A DNA stretch of 55,075 bases from Promethearchaeota archaeon (GTDB lineage: Archaea > Asgardarchaeota > Lokiarchaeia > Sigyniarchaeales > SOKP01), in contig JBHLMP010000022.1 in assembly GCA_048938025.1 (NCBI GenBank), forward strand, positions 1 to 55,075, read 5' to 3'. How positions within the stretch are numbered: position 1 is the stretch's first letter; the number at the start of each line of letters is the position of its first letter. Of the stretch, positions 42,086 through 51,468 are shown in pieces. The notes beneath the pieces are model-generated. The model worked only from the letters and a program-made list of their open reading frames with translations, was not told the origin of the DNA and did not search any database. Made by a program: the position numbers and the translations under genes.

Positions 42086-42267
42086 ATAACTTGCCGGGTA
42101 TTATTTTATTCTTTATTGTTCTTATAAATTTGAAAATGGTAATTTAATATAGAGTATCATATGTTATTTAAATTTAGTGTTGAACTCATTATATGATTAA
42201 ATGAAAGTTTATTATATTCAACTTGTATTTATAATATTAATACTATCGTCTAGGTAGAATAAAAATC

Positions 42268-43617
42268 TTGAAGAACCTTGAATCTTTTTTTAACCCAAAA
42301 AGTATTTTAATTGTAGGTGTTTCAAGGAAAGCTTATACTTTTAGTTATACTGTCTTAAAAAACCTTTTAGAGATTTTTTATAAAGGCAAACTTTATATAT
42401 TAAACCCTAATGCTAATGAGATATTAGGTGTTAAATCCTATCATTCATTAGAAGAATTACCTGAAATTCCAGAGCTAGCAGTAATAGTTTTAGGTACAAA
42501 AATATTAGACAGTGTGGAAGAATTAGGTAAGTATGGTGTAAAATATGTAACAATTCAATCTGAATTAAAAACAGGAATTAATGATACTGATTTAACATTA
42601 AAATTGCATAAAGTCTGTGAAAAATATGGGATAACATATTTAGGACCTTCAATGATAGGAATTATTAACTTTATTGATAACTTTACGACATCAATTATTC
42701 CTGTTAGACAACATATAATGCGTGAAAATAAGAACATAAAAGAGGGTATAGGTTTCATAGCACAATCCGGAGGGTTAGCAGGAGCTTTAGGGTGGTGGAG
42801 CCCTTCACAAAAATTACCCATATCAAAAGTTATACACCTAGGAAAAGGCTTTCACGTTAGTGAACAAGACATTATTGAATTTTTTCTTAATGATAAAACA
42901 ATTAAAGTTATTTCTTTGTTTTTAAGGGAAATTTCGGATGAATTAATCGATGCAGTAAAGGGTATCTCTCCATATAAACCTGTTCTTTTCTTTTATGTAG
43001 GTAAAAACGAATTAAAAGAAAGAGAATTAGAAAAAGCAGGAGGAATATCAGTATTAAATTATATTGAGCTTTTTGAGATAGCTAAAATATTCTTATGGTG
43101 TCCAGAACCAAAGGGTCCAAATTTAGGGATTATTGGACCTAGTTCTGGTGCAATTCATCTAATTGTAAAAGAAATGAGAAAACAACATTTATCTTTGGCA
43201 AAACCAGACAAAGAATCTCAAGACATAATTATAAATAAAATCGGTGGCTCTACTTGCGCATATGGTAACCCGGTTGATTATTGGCCCCCAGAGAAATTTA
43301 TCGGTATTAAAATCTGTGGGATATATAATACATCAGCCTCTACCTTATTAAGAGATGAACATGTTGATGGATTAATCCTTGCCTTAGAATTTTTTATTGA
43401 AATTGAATTCGATTTTAATATATTTGATAGTATAAGAAGAATAAATCCAGATAAACCAATTATCGCAATTCTTATACAAGCTGAACATGAAGGAGCTAAA
43501 AGAGTATTTAAATCTGCTTCAGAGATAAGGATTCCCGTCTTTGAAAATGAAATTGAGCGAGCTGTAAGAGGATATAGATTGTTATATGACTATTATTCAA
43601 AAATAAAAAAGAAATAA
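42268..43617 (+). CDS. ADP-forming acyl-CoA synthetase alpha-like CoA-binding protein lacking phospho-His loop
   Basis: FFNPKSILIVGVS, LGPSMIG, AQSGG, GNPVD present; SHTG segment absent. Confidence 0.8.
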   Translation: MKNLESFFNPKSILIVGVSRKAYTFSYTVLKNLLEIFYKGKLYILNPNANEILGVKSYHSLEELPEIPELAVIVLGTKILDSVEELGKYGVKYVTIQSELKTGINDTDLTLKLHKVCEKYGITYLGPSMIGIINFIDNFTTSIIPVRQHIMRENKNIKEGIGFIAQSGGLAGALGWWSPSQKLPISKVIHLGKGFHVSEQDIIEFFLNDKTIKVISLFLREISDELIDAVKGISPYKPVLFFYVGKNELKERELEKAGGISVLNYIELFEIAKIFLWCPEPKGPNLGIIGPSSGAIHLIVKEMRKQHLSLAKPDKESQDIIINKIGGSTCAYGNPVDYWPPEKFIGIKICGIYNTSASTLLRDEHVDGLILALEFFIEIEFDFNIFDSIRRINPDKPIIAILIQAEHEGAKRVFKSASEIRIPVFENEIERAVRGYRLLYDYYSKIKKK

Positions 43618-43626
43618 AAAATTAAC

Positions 43627-44886
43627 TTAAGAAAAAATTTCCTTTAGCTCTTCAGGTACTTCATCTGATTCATCCATTAAGGAAAGAGCATAAATGGATT
43701 CTCCACATTTACACTCTTTTGCCTCAAATAAGTAAAATCTAAACTGATTTTTCCAATTGCAAATTTGAACATTACTAATATTAGCAACATCCCCACAAAG
43801 ACAAAAAATTGCCAAATTTGGTGAATAAGCTGGGATTATTGTCTTGAAATCTAGAGGTGCTTTGTTAAATTCACATTCATTTAACATATCGTTAATTTTT
43901 TCCGCTAAATTATCTTTTAGAGTTGGAATAAAGCTATTTATTATTCCACTGCTCCCGTTCATTTCTGTAAGAACAATAAAATTTTTTTCGCGCTTTTCTG
44001 CTTTAGCTTTTTCTGGAAAAATTGGCTGTTGGTATTGCAGAAGGTTCTCAGGTATAGGAATTGGTTCCACACCAGGAGGATAATCAAATGTATAGAAAAA
44101 CTGATTAGTTCCTCTTGCACTTTTTTGACTAATCATTTTTAGATTTTCATAATCTCTACTAGACAAAGTAAATTTTATCAGCTGAAGAGGAACTTTCAAC
44201 TCAAGAAGTTTTGATCTGACATTATCTAAGATTTCGCTTGCAAAACTTTTTAGAATCATGATATCTTCTCTATTCTCTGCATACATCTGATTTTTATTTT
44301 GATCTTTAAATTGAAACCATTTTTTGACAACACTTCCCTTTATCAATTGAGGAACCATACAAAACACACATAAGAGTGGAAAGAGAAAGAAGAGGATTCC
44401 CTCTATAAATGATAACCCAATGATAAGAACAAACATAGGGATCAAAAGTAAGAAAGTTAACTTTCGCAATCGTTTATCCATTGATGATTTAATTCCTTTG
44501 CTAAATGCAAGCTCTTCTGCATTAGATTTTAACTTTTTTATAGTTTCAATAATTTTCTTTGATTCAAAGCTTTGTACCAATAATTTATCTTCTTCTTCTT
44601 TACTTTGTTTAAAAGTTGCCATGTGAGTTCCTATTTGATTTAAATATTGGTCGATCGCACGTTCTTTATAGATAAAATCTAAAGTCTCTTCAGAATAATA
44701 ATCTAAAAATCGTGCTATAAAAAGTTTTTTTTCAACATCTTGGATGGCTGTTGGACTTAAACCTAGAGCCTCTTGAATCAGTTGACCCTGTGTTCTTCTA
44801 ACTTGTCTTTTAGATCTTTTCTTTTCTTCAGTTCGCGCTTTTGAAAATTCAGCTTCTACTTTTTTATCGTTATCAGTTTCACTCAT
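43627..44886 (-). CDS. Hypothetical two-TM protein with Cys-rich C-terminus
   Basis: Long ORF, central TM hairpin, CLCG...ECKCG. Confidence 0.7.
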   Translation of the reverse strand: MSETDNDKKVEAEFSKARTEEKKRSKRQVRRTQGQLIQEALGLSPTAIQDVEKKLFIARFLDYYSEETLDFIYKERAIDQYLNQIGTHMATFKQSKEEEDKLLVQSFESKKIIETIKKLKSNAEELAFSKGIKSSMDKRLRKLTFLLLIPMFVLIIGLSFIEGILFFLFPLLCVFCMVPQLIKGSVVKKWFQFKDQNKNQMYAENREDIMILKSFASEILDNVRSKLLELKVPLQLIKFTLSSRDYENLKMISQKSARGTNQFFYTFDYPPGVEPIPIPENLLQYQQPIFPEKAKAEKREKNFIVLTEMNGSSGIINSFIPTLKDNLAEKINDMLNECEFNKAPLDFKTIIPAYSPNLAIFCLCGDVANISNVQICNWKNQFRFYLFEAKECKCGESIYALSLMDESDEVPEELKEIFS

Positions 44887-45055
44887 AATCTAATCAAAAT
44901 TAGAATTTTTAAGATATATATACTAATAAATTATACTTGGATAATTAACTTTTCTAAAAATTCTACTTAATTTTTAAGGTAAAAAAGCACTCTTTTAATT
45001 AATTCTCTCTAAAGTCAGTTAAACCTAAAGAAATCAATCTTCATTAATTAATTTG

Positions 45056-45075
45056 GTTCAATAATTTACCAGATT
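45056..45075 (+). promoter_or_regulatory. Conserved upstream motif, copy 1
   Basis: GTTCAATAATTTACCAGATT; 18/20 match to 46274-46293; followed by a T/A-rich TATA-like tract. Confidence 0.55.
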
Positions 45076-45161
45076 GCTTTTTATTATTACATGTAATGTT
45101 TAGTATTATTAGAACTATTTTTTATTTTTAACATAAAATATCAAAATTAGGGGATATTATC

Positions 45162-46190
45162 ATGCAAAAAAAAAATAACCTGATATGGATTTTCTTATTA
45201 GGAATTTTAGTTTTTAATTTGAGTCTTGGTTTAGCTGTTGCTTCCGATGATGATGATGATGGAATTGATGATGATTTCGAAGACTCTAATAAAAGAGATA
45301 TTGAAATTGAGTTTGATTCAAATGAAATACAAATTAAATCAGAGCAAAGGAATGGTGACCGTCAAGATGAAATTGAATTGACTATCAAATATGATTCTGA
45401 AGGATTAAATATTGAAATTAGTTATGAGTCTGAAGTTGAATCTGAAAATGAAACTGAATCTGAATTTGAAATAGAATTTGAAGTATCATTCCGTAAACTT
45501 ATTGAATTTGTTGATCTTAACAATAATGGTGTTTATGATGAATCCTTTGATCAATTTATTCAAGAAACAGAAATCAATACATTTCAACCAATAATTTATA
45601 CATCATTTGACATATCTATTGATACAAAAATGCATTATATCATAATTAATACTACTGATGGAGTGTTTGCTGCTCACGTATACTTAGTAGAAGAATTTAC
45701 AATTGTAAATAATACATTAATCACCCCAACTGAAACCAAAATTGATATTGAAATAAATAATTTTAACTACATCGACGCGAATTCACAACTTGCCCTATAT
45801 GTGGAACTAGGATCTGAAATGGATTATGAAGAAGATGACTATACGGAGGATGAGGAAGATGGTTATGCTGAAAATGAAGAAGGAGTATACACATCAAATA
45901 ATGGATTTGCTGGATTCTTTAATTGGGCTGAGAATGCCACCATTGATGGAGTCTCTAAGAAAGTATTAGCTAGTGAAATTACGGTTGATGAATATGATGA
46001 TCAAGAGCAAAAACTTTATCTTAATTATCCAAGAGGAATACATATTTATCATGATCCAAAAATAGGTATTATGACCTTGAGTTCATCAGCTCTCCTATTA
46101 CCATTTGTTCTCTCAATATCGATTGCATCTGTAGTTGCTGTGATTGCAATAATAACTATTCTCATCATAAGAAAACGTAAAGTTACTTAA
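45162..46190 (+). CDS. Acidic secreted, C-terminally anchored surface protein (paralogue 1)
   Basis: Signal peptide, DDDDDGIDDD, EF-hand-like DLNNNGVYD, HDPKIG, TM plus RKRK. Confidence 0.8.
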   Translation: MQKKNNLIWIFLLGILVFNLSLGLAVASDDDDDGIDDDFEDSNKRDIEIEFDSNEIQIKSEQRNGDRQDEIELTIKYDSEGLNIEISYESEVESENETESEFEIEFEVSFRKLIEFVDLNNNGVYDESFDQFIQETEINTFQPIIYTSFDISIDTKMHYIIINTTDGVFAAHVYLVEEFTIVNNTLITPTETKIDIEINNFNYIDANSQLALYVELGSEMDYEEDDYTEDEEDGYAENEEGVYTSNNGFAGFFNWAENATIDGVSKKVLASEITVDEYDDQEQKLYLNYPRGIHIYHDPKIGIMTLSSSALLLPFVLSISIASVVAVIAIITILIIRKRKVT

Positions 46191-46273
46191 ACAAGTTTTG
46201 ATAATCCAAAAATATTCAAAATATTTTTTTTTCCTTTTAATAAATATAAAAATTGAAAATGAAAACATCTTTA

Positions 46274-46293
46274 GTTCAGTAATTTACCAGCTT
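46274..46293 (+). promoter_or_regulatory. Conserved upstream motif, copy 2
   Basis: GTTCAGTAATTTACCAGCTT followed by TTTTATAT. Confidence 0.55.
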
Positions 46294-46387
46294 ATTTTAT
46301 ATTTAAAATCGGACATTCTAGGATCAGATAAGATTTTCAGCAAAATTTATAATATACCAACATTGCAATTAATTTGAGAATACTATC

Positions 46388-47689
46388 ATGAAAAAGAAAT
46401 ATACTATCTTAAGTTTCTTATTCTTAGGCTTTTTAATCTTTAATTCCATCATTGGAATATGTGTTGCTTCAGATGATGATAGTGATGGTGTTGATGATGA
46501 TTTTGAAGAATTAAATAAGAGAAATATAGATATAGAATTTGATCATGATGAGGTTGAGATTGAATCAACCTTAAGAGATGGTGAAACAGTTGATGAGATT
46601 GAAATTTATATACATAATGAGAATGATGGTATTCATTTTGAATTCAGTTACGAATCTGAATACGATAATGAATCAGAATCAGAATCAGAATTAGAGTTGG
46701 AATTTGGAGTAGTTTTCCAAAAAATTATTGAATTTGTTGATCTTAACGATAACAATATTTATGATGAATCTGTTGATCAACTAATCCAAGAAGTTGAATT
46801 AGACTCATTTGAAGATGTGAGTTATGCTGAATTTAATATCTCCAATGATTGTAAATTACATTGTTTTACAATAAACACAACAGATGGCATATTTTCTGCA
46901 CATGTTTATATTGCGGAAGAATTTGATTTCATAAATGATACTTTAATTACACCAACAGAAATTAAAATTGATATCGATATTAATAATTTCAATTATCTCA
47001 ATGCCACTTCCCAACTTGCTCTATATGTAAAACTTGAGTCAGAACTAGATTATAAGGAAGAAGATTATACTGAGGATGAAAAAAATAAATATGCATCTAA
47101 TGAACAAGGAGCATTCATCACTAACAGTACATTTCTAGGATTTTTTACATGGAATGAGAATGCCACTATTGATGGAGTTTCTAAAAGAGTATTAGTTAGT
47201 GAAATTCAAGTTGATGATGATGATGACCAGGAACAAAAACTCTATCTCAACTATCCCCGTGGGATGAAGATTCACCATGATCCTAAAATTGGTATGGCAA
47301 TAGTTAAATCAGAACACAAACCTTTTTTTGCTATAGTTATTATTGGAGTCGTTTTGCTATTTGGTGTAACTACAGCTGTGGCCTATAGTGTTCATCACTT
47401 TTCAGGTAGAAGGGATGTTATTCCACTGATAGATGAAGAAGAAAGAGGAATTCCAAGGAAATTAAATCAATCGTTAATTCAAATTTTTGATGAAGAGAAT
47501 GCTTTAGAAAAAATCTCTCAATTAGGTGATGTAAACTTAACTGCTTTATCTGAAAATTTTTTAAAAGTTTTGGAACAGCTTGAGTGGGATTTAGATGAAA
47601 AAGAAGAATTCATTAAAGAAATGCTTTCATTAACCCCAAAAGAAAGAGAAAACATCATCCAAGAAATGATAGAAAAAAGTAATTTGTGA
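46388..47689 (+). CDS. Acidic surface protein (paralogue 2) with extra cytoplasmic helical domain
   Basis: Same ectodomain motifs; after the TM an extra ~95 aa ending NLTALSENF...EKEEFIKEMLSLTPKERENII. Confidence 0.8.
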   Translation: MKKKYTILSFLFLGFLIFNSIIGICVASDDDSDGVDDDFEELNKRNIDIEFDHDEVEIESTLRDGETVDEIEIYIHNENDGIHFEFSYESEYDNESESESELELEFGVVFQKIIEFVDLNDNNIYDESVDQLIQEVELDSFEDVSYAEFNISNDCKLHCFTINTTDGIFSAHVYIAEEFDFINDTLITPTEIKIDIDINNFNYLNATSQLALYVKLESELDYKEEDYTEDEKNKYASNEQGAFITNSTFLGFFTWNENATIDGVSKRVLVSEIQVDDDDDQEQKLYLNYPRGMKIHHDPKIGMAIVKSEHKPFFAIVIIGVVLLFGVTTAVAYSVHHFSGRRDVIPLIDEEERGIPRKLNQSLIQIFDEENALEKISQLGDVNLTALSENFLKVLEQLEWDLDEKEEFIKEMLSLTPKERENIIQEMIEKSNL

Positions 47690-47721
47690 AAATTAACAAA
47701 TTACTAATAGCGTAGGATATT

Positions 47722-48372
47722 ATGAATATGGCTTTAAACTTATCAAAACAAGAAGAAATCGTATTAAATGCAGTTCAGGACTATTTAAACAAAAATAGAC
47801 ATTTTAATCTTAAAAAAATTCTTCCATTCATCCAATCAAGGTTTAGGAGGGCTTCAATAAACATAAATAAATATGGAATAGAAACTATTCTTAAATCTCT
47901 AGTTAAAAAAAAACTAATTGTAGAGGGTTCAAAATTAACAAGTAATGAAATCCTACAGAATGCTAAAAGAGTAGAAATTTACGATTTTATTTTAAAAAAT
48001 CCTGGTACTTACTTCAATAAAATTATTACTAAATTAAAGATTAGCAACCACATAGTTGTGTGGCATCTTAATATGCTAGAAAAGTTTGGTTATATCAAAA
48101 AAGAAAAAATAGAAAACCACAATGTTTATTTTGATTCAGAGGTGGCTTTCAATGAAGTAAGGATAAAATATTATCTCTCAAATAGAAAATGTGAAAAAAT
48201 TATTGGTTATTTACAAATCAATAAAATTGGTATTAATAAAACTCAACTTTCTACTGATTTAAGTATGCATATAAATACAGTTCAAAAATATTTGATAATC
48301 CTTGAAAAAATTGGAGTAATATCTAAAAAAAAGCAAAGTCGTACTACTCTATATTTTCTAAATCCTATTTGA
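47722..48372 (+). CDS. Winged helix-turn-helix transcriptional regulator (tandem wHTH)
   Basis: RVEIYDFILKNPG...WHLNMLEKFGYI and second HTH LSTDLSMHINTVQKYL. Confidence 0.8.
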   Translation: MNMALNLSKQEEIVLNAVQDYLNKNRHFNLKKILPFIQSRFRRASININKYGIETILKSLVKKKLIVEGSKLTSNEILQNAKRVEIYDFILKNPGTYFNKIITKLKISNHIVVWHLNMLEKFGYIKKEKIENHNVYFDSEVAFNEVRIKYYLSNRKCEKIIGYLQINKIGINKTQLSTDLSMHINTVQKYLIILEKIGVISKKKQSRTTLYFLNPI

Positions 48373-48436
48373 AAAACATGTGGTGGATGTCTTTACAAAA
48401 AGGTTAATTCCTCTAAGTTAAATTTTAAAATGTATT

Positions 48437-48964
48437 ATGATTTATATTAAAACTATGGAAGTTTATGAAACTCACAAATTCAGAACTTATGGTTTAATAG
48501 GTCTTACACTTTGTTTCGCAGTTCCCTTGATGATTTTCACAGGTTTCGCTATTGTAGAAGGAGGTCTTTTCCTAAAAGCATTTATCTTCATAGATTGCCT
48601 TGTACTCCTACCTCTTGGGTTCATGTCCTTTTATTTTTATTTCTTTAAACTTTGGATATCATTTGTAATTGATGAGGAAAAATTTGAGATTATTGGACCA
48701 CATTCTAAAAAATCAGTTTACTGGTCAGAATTTGATAATATGAGATTGAAAGTGAAGGGTCATCATATAGGGCTTGTTCAAGCTACTACCAGAGATAGGG
48801 TTGATTTTCGGATTCATTTCTATCATCAAGATCCTAAAAGATTAGTTAAGTATATTAAGTTCCATTTTTATAAACAATTGAATGGAAAACAAATACTAGA
48901 TTCTATCCTCACTTATAGTCAAAATAAGGGTAAAGACGTAATTTTAACAAAAAGATATATTTAA
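48437..48964 (+). CDS. Hypothetical two-TM membrane protein (paralogue of 13570..14127)
   Basis: KFEI..VYWSEFD, GKDVIL. Confidence 0.65.
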   Translation: MIYIKTMEVYETHKFRTYGLIGLTLCFAVPLMIFTGFAIVEGGLFLKAFIFIDCLVLLPLGFMSFYFYFFKLWISFVIDEEKFEIIGPHSKKSVYWSEFDNMRLKVKGHHIGLVQATTRDRVDFRIHFYHQDPKRLVKYIKFHFYKQLNGKQILDSILTYSQNKGKDVILTKRYI

Positions 48965-49083
48965 TCAAATTTCTTTATAAATTTTTCATGAATTTACTAT
49001 TCATGAATTTGCTATTATTAGATTCAAGTATCCTTAGATTAATTTGGAAAAAAGAATGTAAAAAAATTAATATTCTGTAATAT

Positions 49084-49323
49084 TTAGTATGGAACACTCA
49101 CTACTTCTTTAACTTCCGGGACAAATTGTTTAAGAGCTCGTTCAATTCCCATCTTTACGGTCTGCTGAGAATATGGACATCCAGCACAGTGCCCCAATAG
49201 ACGAAGCTTTACAACTCCGTCGTCCGTAATATCAACGAGTTCACAATCGCCTCCATCCATTTGGAGCTGCGGTCTTATCTTATCAATTACTTGTTTAACT
49301 TTTTCTTTATCCATTTTTTTCAC
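49084..49323 (-). CDS. NifU/Nfu-type Fe-S carrier protein
   Basis: [20 protein letters not shown]...GIE. Confidence 0.92.
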   Translation of the reverse strand: MKKMDKEKVKQVIDKIRPQLQMDGGDCELVDITDDGVVKLRLLGHCAGCPYSQQTVKMGIERALKQFVPEVKEVVSVPY

Positions 49324-49510
49324 ATATAATATATATTTTCCTTAATATAGAATATAAAAACTAACTCTTAAAACCTTTGTTTTATATTTTATTAATCTTT
49401 ATTCAAAATATTTACATTTAGCAAGAAATTATCCAATAAGATTAATAAAACAAAAGTAATCAAATTTCATATTGAAATCACTAATTATTAAATAATAGGT
49501 ATTATTAGAA

Positions 49511-50305
49511 ATGAGTGAAAAATATTGTATATCGTCAGAAGATGTTATAAAAACGGCTGTAAGCGCCTCAGGGAAAAAAAGAGAAGATTTTAACGTGGAT
49601 CCTTATGTGATATTATTTTTCTCTGGATCCTTGTTGGAATATTTAAAAAAGGAAGCAAAAGTAGAGAAGATTGAATGGCTCGCTCCTTATCATCCTTATG
49701 CTGCAGCTGAATTGTTTAAAGGGAACTATCAGGGGATACCATTTACTGCTGTATTACCACCGATGGGAGCTTCACCAATTTCTTCACTAACAGAAGATCT
49801 TATTTCTTGTGGAGCAATGGTTATCTTACTTGTATGTGGTGCTTGGGGAATTGGAAGGAATGTAAAACTTCTTGACTATGTTATTCCAACACATGGAATT
49901 GGGATTGATGGTACTTCTATTCATTATGGAAGAGAATTAGATGAAGAATTAGAAATAGATCTTAGAATTGTTGAAATCTTGGTTGAAGAAACAAAAAGTC
50001 GGACAAATAATTATCATGTGGGAAAGAATTATTCTAAAGAAGCATTTTATACAATAAGCCATGAGGAAATAGGCAAACTACAAAATAAGGGTGTGATTTC
50101 TATGGAAAATGGGGAATTAAATGTTCTTGCAACCATATGTAAATCAAAAGGAGTTAAATTTGGTGCTATTTTTTATAGTTATTGTAATTTACTTGAAGGA
50201 TGGAAAATTCCTTGGGGAAGTGAGAATTATAGAGAATGTGTGTATCTTGAAGCTGAAATTGCATTAGCAACCCTTAAAAGAATTATAAGTATTAAAATAA
50301 GTTAA
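49511..50305 (+). CDS. Nucleoside phosphorylase family (PNP_UDP_1), divergent
   Basis: MGASP...EDL, CGAWGI, DGTSIHY, EAFY, SMEN. Confidence 0.75.
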   Translation: MSEKYCISSEDVIKTAVSASGKKREDFNVDPYVILFFSGSLLEYLKKEAKVEKIEWLAPYHPYAAAELFKGNYQGIPFTAVLPPMGASPISSLTEDLISCGAMVILLVCGAWGIGRNVKLLDYVIPTHGIGIDGTSIHYGRELDEELEIDLRIVEILVEETKSRTNNYHVGKNYSKEAFYTISHEEIGKLQNKGVISMENGELNVLATICKSKGVKFGAIFYSYCNLLEGWKIPWGSENYRECVYLEAEIALATLKRIISIKIS

Positions 50306-50355
50306 ATATAAGAAAAGATTTAATATTTAAAATATAATATTAAAGATATTAATAA

Positions 50356-50754
50356 TTGAATGTTGATTATTTCATTATGGATGAAAAAGAATTTGTAAAA
50401 CAATTAAATAAAGCACAAGACTTAATGATACAAGAAAAGTATAATGAGGCCCTTAATTTAATTGGAGAATTAAAGGAAATTGAGAGAAAAAGTGATTTTA
50501 ATTATAGCTTAACTCATCGCTTCTATCAACTTGATTCAAACATTCATTCACTTTATAATCAACAGGTTATTTTGGATCACATTAATGATATTTCTAAAAA
50601 GCAGGCATCAATATCTTTTCAAGAAATAAGCGCATTAATAAAAAAAAATACCAAATTAGACTTAAGTGATGATATTTTAAGGAGAGAAGTTGAATTGTTA
50701 ATTTTAAGAAACCTAATAAAGTGCGAATTAGATGGGGATCTATTAAAATTTTAA
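50356..50754 (+). CDS. Hypothetical helical protein with C-terminal winged-helix (PCI-like) domain
   Basis: TPR-like EKYNEAL; SISFQEIS...EVELLILRNLIKCELDG. Confidence 0.55.
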   Translation: MNVDYFIMDEKEFVKQLNKAQDLMIQEKYNEALNLIGELKEIERKSDFNYSLTHRFYQLDSNIHSLYNQQVILDHINDISKKQASISFQEISALIKKNTKLDLSDDILRREVELLILRNLIKCELDGDLLKF

Positions 50755-50841
50755 AAATTGTGTTCAAAAAGTCTATCAAAAATTATCGACTTTTATAAAT
50801 CTATTTTTGGAATAATTATAAAACATTAAATATGCTAAGCT

Positions 50842-51435
50842 ATGATAATCTACGCATTGGAAAAAAGTATCGAGATAAAAGTTGTTTATTATGGACCGGC
50901 TCTTAGTGGAAAAACAACAACTTTAAAATCTCTTTTTAACCATTTTGGAAAAAAAGATAAAGTATATAGCATTGAAAGTACTGTTCAGCGAACATTATTT
51001 TTCGATTATGGAACAATTTTATTTAAGAATGATTTATGGAAGTTAAAGATCCATATCTATTCAACCACAGGGCAGGACTTTTATTTGGTAACACGACCTA
51101 TTACGTTAAAAGCAGTTGATGGAATAATCTTCGTAGCAGATTCTGAGATAAGTGCTTATGAGCGTAATCTTATTTCATGGAAGGAATTAGAATCCTATTT
51201 CTCAGTTACTTTAAAAAGTATCCCCAAGATTATCGCATTTAATAAACAAGATAAACCTGAAAAATTTAGTCCTAATAACTTTTTAGAGGAAATTCAATAT
51301 GAGAAGTACAATAACATTGATACGGAATATACTATAGCCTTAAATGGAGAAGGAGTCTTAGCTTCGTTTGAGAATATCTTAAGATTGATCTTCAACGATT
51401 ATTATAAAAGTGAGTTAATCACAGCCATGAGTTAA
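50842..51435 (+). CDS. MglA-like small GTPase
   Basis: KVVYYGPALSGKTT, RTLFFD, TTGQ, DGIIFVADS, NKQD. Confidence 0.88.
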   Translation: MIIYALEKSIEIKVVYYGPALSGKTTTLKSLFNHFGKKDKVYSIESTVQRTLFFDYGTILFKNDLWKLKIHIYSTTGQDFYLVTRPITLKAVDGIIFVADSEISAYERNLISWKELESYFSVTLKSIPKIIAFNKQDKPEKFSPNNFLEEIQYEKYNNIDTEYTIALNGEGVLASFENILRLIFNDYYKSELITAMS

Positions 51436-51468
51436 TATACTTCTTACTTAATTTTTCAGGTTTTTAGA

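Noticed and set aside
48985-49016. 15-bp tandem repeat TTCATGAATTT[AG]CTA
   Set aside because: Two copies between convergent genes; likely slippage with no supporting context.
983-50779. Many 60-110 aa ORFs overlapping longer genes (e.g. 983, 1440, 5774, 15498, 16044, 27177, 33099, 50594)
   Set aside because: Antisense or alternate-frame shadows of well-supported genes with no recognisable motifs.
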